From: an uncultured Candidatus Rokubacteria bacterium
GTDB lineage: Bacteria > Methylomirabilota > Methylomirabilia > Rokubacteriales > CSP1-6
Assembly: GCA_963762145.1 (NCBI GenBank)
Contig: CAVXJS010000011.1
Span: forward strand, 800,001-864,000
Reading direction: 5' to 3'
DNA: 64,000 nt
The notes under the pieces were generated by a model. The model was not told where the DNA came from and searched no databases. It saw nothing but the letters and a program-made list of their open reading frames with translations. Shown piece after piece: positions 29,392-38,844 of the stretch (the stretch's first letter is position 1; the number at the start of each line of letters is the position of its first letter). Both the position numbers and the translations under genes were made by a program.

Positions 29392-31287
29392 ATGCGTGAG
29401 CCCGAGCAGGAAGACGAGGTTCTCGGCAAGGCGTACGACGCGCGCCTGATGGGGCGCCTGTGGGCGTTCACGCGGCCGCACCTGCGCCTCGTCCTCGCGA
29501 CGTGCGCGCTCTTCCCCGCGGTGGCGCTGCTGGAGCTGTCGCAGCCGTACCTGATCAAGATCGCGATCGACGACTACATCCTGCGGAGCGACTGGGCGGG
29601 GCTCGGCGGGGTGGCGGCGCTGTTCCTGCTGGTCCTCGTTGTCCTCTACGCGCTGCGGGCGACGCAGGCCTACCTCACCCAGCTCACCGGCCAGCGCGTC
29701 ATCCACGATCTGCGCGCGGCGCTGTTCGCGCATCTCCAGCGCCAGGACGCGCGCTTCTACGATCGGAGCCCGGTCGGGCGGCTGATGACCCGGGTCCTGA
29801 ACGACGGGGAGGCGATCCAGGAGCTGTTCACCAGCGGAGCCGTAGCGCTCCTGGGAGACGTGGTCGTCCTCACCGGCGTCGTCGTGATCATGCTGGGGAT
29901 GAACTGGAAGCTGGCCCTCGTCACGTTCGCGCTGGTGCCCCTGCTGGTGCTCGCCGCGGTGTACTTCCGGGTGCGCGCGCGGGACAGCTATCGGGTGGTC
30001 CGGACGCGTCTGGCCCGGATGAACGCATTCCTTCAGGAATCGCTCCAGGGCATGAGCGTGATCCAGCTCTTCGCGCGCGAGGCCCGGGAGCGCGAGACGT
30101 TCGCGCAGCTCTCCGGCGCGCTGCGTGCCGGCCAGTTCCGCTCGACGTTCTACGACGCCTCCCTCTACGCCACGGTGGAGGCCCTGGGCTCGGCCGCGGT
30201 GGCCCTCCTGCTCTGGTACGGGGGCGGGCAGGTGGTGACCGGGGCGCTCACCTTCGGGGGCCTGGTGGCCTTCCTCGAGTACACCGGCCGCTTCTTTCTC
30301 CCGATCCGGGACCTGGGCGCCAAGTACACGGTCATGCAGGCCGCCATGGTCTCGGCCGAGCGCATCTTCGCCCTCCTGGACACCCACCCGTCGATCACCT
30401 CGCCCGCCCGAAACGGTAGCCCAGGCATGCAGTTGCAGGGTGAGGCGCAGCCGAAGGCGAGCCGGTCTGTGCCTGGTGAGGCGCAGCCGAAGGCGAGCCG
30501 AGCGGATACAAGAAAGGAAGCTACGGGAGCAACTCCACCAACCCCAGCGGCGGCGGTGGAGTTTCGCAACGTCTGGTTCGCGTACGAGGGCGAGGAGTGG
30601 GTCCTCCGCGACTGCTCCTTCACGCTCGCCCCCGGCGAGCGCGTCGCGCTGGTCGGCCCCACCGGCGAGGGCAAGACCACGATCGCGCGCCTCATGACCC
30701 GGTCCTACGACGTCACGCGCGGCCGGGTGCTGGTGAACGGCGTGGACGTGCGCGAGTGGGATCTCCACTCGCTGCGCCGGCACGTGGGGCTGGTGCCGCA
30801 GGAGGTGTTCCTCTTCTCCGGCACCGTCGAGGACAACCTGCGGCTGGCCGGCAACGGCGCCACGGACCGTGCGGCGATCGAGCGCGCGCTCGCCGCCGCG
30901 AACGCGGAGCGCTTCGTGGCCGCGCTGCCGCGCGGGCTCGGCGAGGAGCTGCGCGAGCGCGGCGTCAATCTCTCGCAGGGGCAGCGTCAGCTGCTGGCCA
31001 TCGCCCGTGCCATCATCTATAATCCACGCGTTCTCGCGCTGGACGAGGCGACCTCCAGCATCGATCCGGAAGCGGAGGCGCAGGTGCGGATCGGTCTCGC
31101 GCGATTGCTGGAGGGACGCACGAGCCTCGTCATCGCGCATCGGCTGTCCACGATCCAGCGGGCGGATCGTATTCTCGTCCTGCACCGCGGAGAGATCCGG
31201 GAGGCGGGCGCGCACGCGGCGCTGCTCGCGCAGGGGGGGCTCTACGCGCGCCTGTACGAGCTCCAGTTCGGACTGGGGCGGGGTTGA
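29392..31287 (+). CDS. ABC exporter TMD-NBD, partner subunit
   Basis: GPTGEGKT, LSQGQRQL, LDEATSSID, IAHRLST; start 29383 (GTG) or 29392 (ATG). Confidence 0.92.
   Translation: MREPEQEDEVLGKAYDARLMGRLWAFTRPHLRLVLATCALFPAVALLELSQPYLIKIAIDDYILRSDWAGLGGVAALFLLVLVVLYALRATQAYLTQLTGQRVIHDLRAALFAHLQRQDARFYDRSPVGRLMTRVLNDGEAIQELFTSGAVALLGDVVVLTGVVVIMLGMNWKLALVTFALVPLLVLAAVYFRVRARDSYRVVRTRLARMNAFLQESLQGMSVIQLFAREARERETFAQLSGALRAGQFRSTFYDASLYATVEALGSAAVALLLWYGGGQVVTGALTFGGLVAFLEYTGRFFLPIRDLGAKYTVMQAAMVSAERIFALLDTHPSITSPARNGSPGMQLQGEAQPKASRSVPGEAQPKASRADTRKEATGATPPTPAAAVEFRNVWFAYEGEEWVLRDCSFTLAPGERVALVGPTGEGKTTIARLMTRSYDVTRGRVLVNGVDVREWDLHSLRRHVGLVPQEVFLFSGTVEDNLRLAGNGATDRAAIERALAAANAERFVAALPRGLGEELRERGVNLSQGQRQLLAIARAIIYNPRVLALDEATSSIDPEAEAQVRIGLARLLEGRTSLVIAHRLSTIQRADRILVLHRGEIREAGAHAALLAQGGLYARLYELQFGLGRG
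30439..30500 (+). repeat. 26-nt direct repeat (36-nt period) in-frame in the ABC linker
   Basis: GGTGAGGCGCAGCCGAAGGCGAGCCG at 30439-30464 and 30475-30500, encoding GEAQPKASR x2. Confidence 0.85.
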
Positions 31288-31628
31288 AGGCGTTTCACGC
31301 GGCGGTGTACCGCCTCGTCGGGCGGATCCCGAGAGGGCAGGTGGTGACGTACGGGCAGATCGCGGCCCTGCTCGGATACCCGCGGGCGGCCCGCGCGGTG
31401 GGACAGGCGATGAAGGAGGTGCCCGCGCACCTGCCGTGGCACCGGGTGGTGAACGCCCAGGGCGGTATCAGCCTGAGGCGCAACGTCGGGAGCATGCTGA
31501 CGCAGCGGCTCCTGCTCGAGCAGGAAGGCGTGCGGGTCCGGCGGGGCCGGATCCGGCTCCAGGAGTATCGGTGGGCGGGGCCTGGGCGCACCCGCCGGCT
31601 GTCCATCGCGGCGCTCGAGCGTCTCTGA
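31284..31628 (+). CDS. Alkyltransferase-like (ATL, MGMT family) protein
   Basis: IPRGQVVTYGQIA, ARAVG, PWHRVV (Trp in place of the catalytic Cys). Confidence 0.9.
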   Translation: MKAFHAAVYRLVGRIPRGQVVTYGQIAALLGYPRAARAVGQAMKEVPAHLPWHRVVNAQGGISLRRNVGSMLTQRLLLEQEGVRVRRGRIRLQEYRWAGPGRTRRLSIAALERL

Positions 31629-31640
31629 TCGGAGGGCACC

Positions 31641-32671
31641 ATGCGGCTCGGACTGAATATCGGCTACTCACGCTCGCAGCTCGGAATCGACCTCTCCCTG
31701 GTCCAGCAGGCCGATCGGCTGGGCTTCCACTCGGTGTGGTCGGCCGAGGCCTATGGCTCGGACGCGGTGTCGCCGCTCTGCTGGATCGCGGCCCAGACCA
31801 GCCGGATCAAGGTCGGCACCGCGATCATGCAGATCCCGGCCCGGACCCCGACGCTCACCGCGACGACCGCGATGACGATCGACCAGCTCTCGGGGGGCCG
31901 CTTCATCCTCGGGCTGGGCGTGTCGGGCCCGCAGGTGGTGGAGGGCTGGCACGGCGTGGCCTTCGGCAAGCCGCTGGCCAAGACGCGCGAGTACGTCGAC
32001 ATCGTGCGAATGGTGTGGCGCCGGGAGCGCCCGGTGGAGCACAAGGGCGAGTATTACCAGATCCCGTACGCGGGGCCCGACGCCACCGGGCTCGGCAAGC
32101 CGCTCAAGTCCATCCTGCACGGCCGCGCCGACATCCCGATCTATCTCGCCGCGATCGGCCCCCGGAACGTGGCGCTCGCCGCCGAGATCGCGGACGGGCT
32201 CCTGCCGGTGTTCTTCTCGCCGGACCGGATGGCGGTGTTCACCCCGAGCCTCGAGGCCGGCTTCAAGGCGGCGGGGGGAGGGAAGTCGCTCGCGACCTTC
32301 GACATCGCCCCCACGGTGCCGATCGTGCTGGGTCCCGACGCCGCCGCGTGTCGCGCGATGGTGAAGCCGCGGCTCGCGCTCTACGTGGGCGGCATGGGCG
32401 CGCGCGGCAAGAACTTCTACAACGAGCTGGTGACGCGGTACGGCTACGAGGGGGAGGCCAGGCGCGATCCAGGACCTCTACTCTGGGCGGCAAGAAGGAC
32501 GAGGCGGCGGCCGCGGTGCCCGACGCGCTGGTGGACGAGGTCGCGCTGTGCGGGCCGAAGGAGCGGATCCGGGAGCGCCTGCCCCGCTGGAAGAGCTCCG
32601 GCATCACCACTCTGATCTGCGGCGCGGTGCAGGCGGAAGCGCTCGATCTGATGGCCGAGCTCGTGCTCTAG
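31641..32671 (+). CDS. LLM-class (F420-dependent-type) oxidoreductase, frameshift near 32460
   Basis: [41 protein letters not shown]; tail [15 protein letters not shown] lies in another frame. Confidence 0.88.
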
Positions 32672-32676
32672 GCTCG

Positions 32677-33171
32677 ATGAAGCCTGCGGTCCAGAAGGTG
32701 CAGGCGGCGATGGCGCAGCACGGCCTCGACCGGCAGGTGATCGAGCTCGAGGTCCACGCGCGGACCTCGCAGCAGGCCGCCGACGCGCTCGGCGTCACCG
32801 TCGGCCAGATCGTGAAGTCGCTCGTGTTCACCGCGGACGGGCGCCCGCTGCTGGTGGTCGCCTCGGGCGTCAACCGGGTGGACGAGCGGCGGCTCGGCGA
32901 GGTGGCGGGCGGCCGCATCCGTCGCGCCGATCCGGACACCGTGAAGCAGGCCACCGGGTACTCCATCGGCGGGGTGCCGCCGATCGGGCTCGCGAGCCCC
33001 CTGGCGGTGTACGTGGACCGCGACCTGCTCGGCTACGAGCTGGTCTACGCGGCGGCAGGGCTGCCGGAGTGCGTGTTCCCGATCGCGCCGGACGAGCTGG
33101 TGCGGGCGACGGGGGGGCAGATCGTGGACATCAAGCAGGCCGGGAGCGATTCGAAAGGAGCGCAGCCATGA
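32677..33171 (+). CDS. YbaK/EbsC family aminoacyl-tRNA deacylase
   Basis: QIVKSLVF, TGYSIGGVPPIG, YAAAG. Confidence 0.9.
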   Translation: MKPAVQKVQAAMAQHGLDRQVIELEVHARTSQQAADALGVTVGQIVKSLVFTADGRPLLVVASGVNRVDERRLGEVAGGRIRRADPDTVKQATGYSIGGVPPIGLASPLAVYVDRDLLGYELVYAAAGLPECVFPIAPDELVRATGGQIVDIKQAGSDSKGAQP

Positions 33172-33931
33172 GACTCAAGGACAAGGTGGCCCTGATCACA
33201 GGGGCGGGCTCGGGCATCGGGCAGGCGACGGCGGTCCTCTTCGCGCGAGAGGGCGCGAAGGTCGCGGTGGTGGATCTGCGAGAGGACGCGGCGAAGGCCA
33301 CCGCGGAGCAGATCGAGAAGAGCGGGGGCCAGGCGCTCGCGATCCGGGCCGACGTCTCGAAGTCGGCGGACAACCAGGCGCCGTCGCAGCAGGCGGTGGC
33401 ACGCTGGGGCCGGCTCGACGTCTTCTACGCCAACGCGGGGGTGCCGCAGTTCCCGACGCCGGTGGAGAGACGTGGACGAGGCGGTGTTCGATCAGATCAT
33501 GGCGGTGAACGTGAAGGGCGTGTTCCTGGCCGCCAAGCACGTGATGCCGGTCTTCAAGAAGCAGAAGAGCGGCGTGCTCCTCATCACCGGCTCGACCTCG
33601 GGCCTGCGCCCGCGGCCGGGCGTGCAGTGCTACTCGGCCTCCAAGGGCGCGGTGCACACCATGGCCGCGAGCCTCGCGCTCGAGTTCTCCGCCGTTCGGC
33701 GCGCGGGTGGTCGCGATCGCCCCGGTGGCGACCGAGACGCCGATGCTCGCCACCTTCATGGGCAAGAAGCAGGTGGACGAGGAGGGGATGACCCGCTACC
33801 GCGGCACCGTGCCCCTCGGGCGGCTCAACAAGCCGGAGGATCTGGCCGCCGCCGCCCTCTTCCTCGCCTCCGACGACGCCGCGATGATCACGGGCAGCGT
33901 GTTCCCGGTGGACGGGGGGCGATGCATCTAG
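33168..33931 (+). CDS. SDR family oxidoreductase, two frameshifts
   Basis: [26 protein letters not shown] across three ORFs. Confidence 0.88.
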
Positions 33932-33936
33932 CTCTA

Positions 33937-33971
33937 CCCTCTCCCCTCTGGGGAGAGGGCAGGGTGAGGGG
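33937..33971. repeat. BoxC-like REP-type hairpin
   Basis: CCCTCTCCCC-TCT-GGGGAGAGGG-CAGGGTGAGGGG, right after the SDR stop. Confidence 0.7.
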
Positions 33972-34033
33972 CACGAGGTTTCCGTGCGGTCAGGCGTTCC
34001 GACGCGGTGGACCGCTTACTTCTTCAGGCTCTC

Positions 34034-34072
34034 CATATGCGGGGGCCCAGAAATGGCCCCCGCACTCCCCCA
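34034..34072 (-). repeat. Intergenic copy of the 39-nt palindromic element
   Basis: Exact reverse complement of 28559-28597; flanking CGGAACGGT is also shared (34083-34091 vs 28539-28547). Confidence 0.9.
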
Positions 34073-34108
34073 ATGGCGGACAACCGTTCCGAATTCGGGG
34101 GCGGGCGC

Positions 34109-35075
34109 ATGATCATCACTCCGCTGGCGGCCGAGTCTCTCGGGGTGCGGTCGATGGCGACGTACGTGGAGTGCGGGACGACGCGGGTGCTGATCGATCC
34201 GGGCGCGATGCTGGCGTCCACCCGCTTCAACCTGCCTCCGGCGGAGGAGGAGTGGGAGGCGCTGCGGCGCGGCCAACGATCGCATCTCGGCGTACGCGGC
34301 GCGGGCCTCCCTGGTCTTCGTGAGCCACTACCACGAGGATCACTTCCGCCACGATCCCGGCTTCTACGCCGGCCGGCCGCTCTGGGCCAAGGATGCCCGG
34401 CGCCACGTCGAGGGCCGGCAGGCCCAGCGGGCGGCCGCGCTCTGGCGCGCGCTCACCGGCCACGCCGAGCCGCTCGCGGCCGAGGGTCGCCGGCTCGAGA
34501 CGGCGGACGCGGTGCTCCAGGCCTCGCCCCCGCTCGGCCACGGCGCCGATGGGACCGCGCTGGGCTACGTGGTGGCGCTGACGATCGAGGACCGGCGCGA
34601 GGGCACGCGCTTCGTCCACGCCTCCGACGTGCAGGGGCCGCTGTCTCCCGTGGCCGCCGCCTATCTGGCCCGCCAGCGCCCCACGCTGCTCTACCTGTCC
34701 GGGCCGCCGGCCTATCTGGAGGCCCAGATCGGCACCGAGGTCATCGACCGGGGCATCGAGCACCTGCTCCGGATCATCGATCAGACCGGCTGCCGCGTGA
34801 TCTTCGATCACTACGCGCTACGCGACGCCGCGTATCCGGAGCGCTTCCGGCGGTTGTGGGAGACCGGGCGCGTGACGACCGCCGCCGGGTACCTCGGCCT
34901 CGCGGACACGCCGCTCGAGGCGCGCCGGCCCGAGCTCTGGCCCGGACGGCGGAAGCCGCCGATGCCGGTGCGGCCCTCGCGGGCCCGTGGGGTGGCCGAG
35001 GCCGGCGGCTCCAAGCCGCCCGCGCGCGCGACGTTCAATCCCCGGCCGAGGCTGCGGCGGGCGAGGGAGGGCTGA
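34109..35075 (+). CDS. UPF0282-like metallo-beta-lactamase-fold hydrolase, frameshift near 34270
   Basis: PLAAESLGVRSMATYVE, LIDPG, SHYHEDH, HASDVQGP, LSGPP, DHY. Confidence 0.75.
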
Positions 35076-35079
35076 GAGG

Positions 35080-35546
35080 ATGAGCGAGGACAAGGCCCCC
35101 GGTGTCGGCGATCCCGCGCCGGACTTCACGCTGAAGACGATCGGGCTGCGGGACGTCAGCCTCAAGAGCTTCCGGGGCAAGAACGTGGTGCTGCTCTTCT
35201 ATCCGCTCGACTGGACGCCCGGCTGATCGACCTGCATGCCCGCCTTCGATCGGCGCATCAAGCGAGTTCGAGGCGGCGAAGACGCAGGTGCTGGGATCAG
35301 CACGGACAGCCCCTTCAGCCACGAGGACTGGGCGAAGTCGGTCGGCATCTCGAGCTACCCGCTGCTCTCGGACATGCACCGCACGCTGGCCGGGACTACG
35401 GCGTCTACTGGCCGGACTGGAACGCCAACGTCCGGGCGACCTTCGTGATCGACAAGCAGGGCACGATCCGCTCGTCGAGCGCTACGGCAAGAGCGAGCTG
35501 CCCAGATCCCGACAGGATCCTCGCCGAGGTCAAGAAGCTGGCCTAG
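35080..35546 (+). CDS. Peroxiredoxin (AhpC/TSA family), probable selenoprotein; later frameshifts
   Basis: APDFTL...LLFYPLDWTPG-TGA-STCMPAF: the in-frame TGA (35224-35226) sits at the peroxidatic Cys of PxxxTxxC; downstream GISTDS..SH, YPLLSD, RATFVID. Confidence 0.85.
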
Positions 35547-36445
35547 ACGGCGGCGGCTGCCTGCGTGGTGAGGGCGACGCCCAGCAGCACGAGGGCCCCG
35601 CCCACGACCTCCGGCCACTCGACCGCCTCGTGCAGCATCGCCCACGCCAGGACCACGCCCACCACCGGCTGCAGGTTCATGAAGATCGCGGCGCGGCTCG
35701 GGCCCACCGCCTTGACGCCCTCGTACCACCACACGTGGGCGACCGCACCCAGGAACGCCTGGTAGAGCACGACCCCCCACGCGGTCTGCGAGCCCCAGTC
35801 GGGGCGGGGGAAGAAGGGCGCGGCCACCAGGGTCATGGGCAGGAGCATGGCCGAGCCGAGGATGTAGGAGGCGGTGGTGGCCACCGCGGGAGAGTGCACC
35901 GCGAGCACCGACTTGCCGTAGATCGTGTAGGCGCTCCAGCCGGCCTGCGAGATGATCAGGATGAAGTCGCCGGGCAGCAGCTCGAGATGGACGATCGCCC
36001 GCCAGCTCCCGCGCGTGATGACGAGCAGGACTCCCGCCATCGACGCCGCCACGCCCGCCCACTGGCGCCGCCGCAGCCGCTCCTTCAGGTAGAACCGGGC
36101 CCCGAGGGCCACCATCACCGGGGTGGCGGCCTGCAGGATGGCGGCGTTGGCCGCGGTGCTGAGCGCGATGCCGAGGTAGGTCCCGCCGGTGGAGACGAAG
36201 AGCCCGGTGAAGCCGAGGAACGCGAAGGTGCGGAGGTCGGCCGAGCGCAGCTCGCGAAACTCCTCCCAGCCGCGCCGGAAGAGCAGCACCGCGAGGAACG
36301 CGGAAGCCAGCGTGCAGCGCAGCGAGACCAGCACGTAGGGCGGGAAGTGGGCGAGGGCGAGCTTGGCGAACGCGGGATAGGAGCCCCAGAGCCCGGAGAT
36401 CAGGGTGAGCGCGACGTAGGCCCGCGTTTGACCGGGGTCGGGCAC
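35543..36445 (-). CDS. DMT/EamA family transporter
   Basis: Two EamA repeats, ~10 TM helices, GPSRAAIFMNLQPV. Confidence 0.9.
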   Translation of the reverse strand: MPDPGQTRAYVALTLISGLWGSYPAFAKLALAHFPPYVLVSLRCTLASAFLAVLLFRRGWEEFRELRSADLRTFAFLGFTGLFVSTGGTYLGIALSTAANAAILQAATPVMVALGARFYLKERLRRRQWAGVAASMAGVLLVITRGSWRAIVHLELLPGDFILIISQAGWSAYTIYGKSVLAVHSPAVATTASYILGSAMLLPMTLVAAPFFPRPDWGSQTAWGVVLYQAFLGAVAHVWWYEGVKAVGPSRAAIFMNLQPVVGVVLAWAMLHEAVEWPEVVGGALVLLGVALTTQAAAAV

Positions 36446-36468
36446 CCGCCTATCATAACGCGGCGCCC

Positions 36469-36900
36469 ATGGCGGACTACATTCTCGAGCGCCGCGTGTG
36501 GCTTCCCCGTCCGCGTCCCGAGGTGTTCGAGTTCTTCGCGGACCCGCGCAACCTCGAGCGGGTCCATCCCGCGTGGGCCCGCGCCCGCTGGCTGCGCCGC
36601 CGCCGGCCGTGCTGACCGCGGGCGCGGTGCTCGACTTCGCGTGCGCGCGTGGCTGGCCGGGACGCTGGCGCGTCATCGTCCGGGAGTTCGACCCGCCCTA
36701 CCGGTTCGTGGACGTGCAGGTCGCCGGGCCCTTCGCGCGGTGGGAGCACCTGCCACCGGTTCGCGGAAGGCGGAGAGGGCGACGCGGCGGCACGTGGGTC
36801 GAGGGATCGCGTGGCCTACGCCGCCGCGGGGCCGGTCGGCACGGGCTCGTCGACACGTGACCTCGGCGCGGGCGTTCGCGTGCGGGCGCTCTTCGGGCAC
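36469..36900 (+). pseudogene. SRPBCC-family protein, heavily frameshifted (probably poor sequence)
   Basis: MADYILERRVWLPRPRPEVFEFFADPRNL; FDPPYRFVDVQVAGPFARWEH; end uncertain. Confidence 0.6.
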
Positions 36901-37049
36901 GCCGCGATCGCGGGCCCGCGATCGTCGGCGGTCTCCGACTACGAGCGGAGACTCGACGCTCCTGTCCGCCTCCGAGCGCGGGCTCCGCCGGCGCTGCTGC
37001 TGGGCGGCCGCGGGCGGCTCGGCATGCGGGGGCGTGAGCGCCCTCCGGC

Positions 37050-38063
37050 TGATCAGGCGACCGCGGGCAGCTCGATACCGAGGGCGGAGAGGCGCGGGCG
37101 CACCCGCTCGGTCAGGAGGCCCGATCCGCGCGAGGTTGTTCACCATCGAGGCGTGCATGTCCCGCTTGAAGTACTTCCGGAACACCGCGTAGTCGTTGCG
37201 GGCGGCCACGTCGCGGCGGTAGATCTTCACCTCGTCGATCTGGGCCGCGCGAGAAGCCGATGTCGCGGTAGGCCTCGATCGGGAAGAAGCCGGTGAGCAC
37301 CTTCTCGAGCGCGAGGCAGGTGAAGTCCTCCATCTCCTGGCGCTCCGCGTCGCTCGCCTCGCGGACGATGTCGGGCAGGGCCAGCATGCCGAAGCCCATG
37401 TGGCGGGACTCGTCCTGCAGGATGCGCGTGCACACCTGGCGGAGGAGCGGGTCCGTGGCGCGCCTCGCCCATCATCTTGAAGATGGCGACCGCGAACGTC
37501 TCGGCCACGAGCTGGAGCGCGATGGTCTTGATGTACCAGCGCTTGTCGGTGAGGATCGCGTCGAAGAGGACGCGCTCGTTCTCGGGCATCGGGTAGTGGA
37601 GGCCCCCGAGGCGCGTCTGGATGTAGCGCTCCAGGACCTCGTTGTGCCGCGCCTCGTCCATGACCTGGGTGGCCTGGAAGAACTTCTCGTCGGTGCCCTG
37701 GACGATGTCGACCATCTGGCTGCACGCCAGCATCGCGCCCTGCTCGCCGTAGACCAGCACCGAGAGCCGCCACGCCGCGATACGCCGGTTCAGCTCGACC
37801 CGGTCGCGCTCGGAGAGGCTGGCCCAGATCGGGCTGCCGTGGATGTCCACGAGCTCGTCGGAGAGCACGCGGCCGTCGGAGGGCTCGGCCGTGTCCCAGG
37901 CGATATCCCGGCTGGCGTTCCACTGGTCGCGCTTGGCCTTCTCGTAGAGGCTGCGCATGTCCTCGGCCTGGACCGAGTAGTCGAACTCGAAGACGGTCTC
38001 GATGGTGCCGGGAATCACGCGGCGCTCCATCTTGGGGTCCGCCACCGGAATATGCTCAGCCAT
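37050..38063 (-). CDS. Ferritin-like diiron protein (AurF-like oxygenase?), frameshifted, 3' end uncertain
   Basis: LYEKAKRDQWNA, GEQGA, DEARH, AETFA, DESRH diiron motifs; GAGGAGG RBS. Confidence 0.75.
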
Positions 38064-38177
38064 CGCGACCTCCTCGAGCACCGGGCGTGAACACCGGGCT
38101 GGAAAACCGGAGAGTACCGTTTCTAGACTCATCAGTTTTATCACGGAGGTCGCGGCGCGGTCAAGTAGACTGGGCCG

Positions 38178-38844
38178 GTGAACGCCAGGCGCAAGGCGAC
38201 CCGGGACCAGATCCTCCGCGCCGCCGCCGACCTCTTCCGGGAACGCGGCTACCAGGCCTCCACGGTGGAGCATATCGCGGCGCGCCTCGGGATGTCCAAG
38301 GCGTCGCTCTACATCCACTTCCGGGCCAAGGAGGAGATGCTCGCCGCCATCTCGCGGGAGACCATCGAGGCCTTCACCCGCGACCTCAACCTGGTGCTGA
38401 GCTCCGGGCTGGATCCGGCCGGGAGAAGCTGCGCCGGGTGGTGCGCGCAGCACGTGCGCTTCGTCATCGCCAACCGGTCCTTCCTCACCGTGTTCTTCGG
38501 CGAGGAGGCGAACCTGCCCCCGCGCTTCGTGAGGGCCCTCGCGGCCCAGAAGGACCGTTACGACAAGGGAGTCGAGCGCATCGTGCTGGACGGGGTGCGC
38601 GCCGGCGTCTTCCGGGACGTGCCGCCGCGGCTGGTGGTCTTCGGCGCTGCTCGGCATGCTGAACTGGGTCCACAAGTGGTACAACCCGACCGGCCGGTGG
38701 GGCGCCGAGGAGATCTCGACCGCCTTTCTCTCCCTGCTCGAGGGCGGCCTCCTGCGCCAGAAGCGCCGCGGCGCCGCGCTGAGCGGGCGGCTGCGGCGTC
38801 TCGAGCGCGAGCTGCACGATGTCGCCCGCCAGCTCGACGCCTGA
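38178..38844 (+). CDS. TetR/AcrR family regulator (KstR2-like), frameshifted
   Basis: ILRAAADLFRERGY..., LGMSKASLYIHF.AKEE, MLNWVHKWYNPTG. Confidence 0.85.

Noticed and set aside
23817-30500. Short direct repeats as a CRISPR array
   Set aside because: Only 2-3 copies per site, inside CDSs, with no unique 30-40 nt spacers and no cas genes.
27527-31287. Degenerate Walker B (DD) and signature (LSQGQ) in the ABC pair
   Set aside because: This is the normal degenerate-site pattern of heterodimeric exporters (TmrAB/TM287-288 type).
31284-31628. MGMT homologue lacking the catalytic Cys
   Set aside because: PWHRV is the known ATL-family signature.
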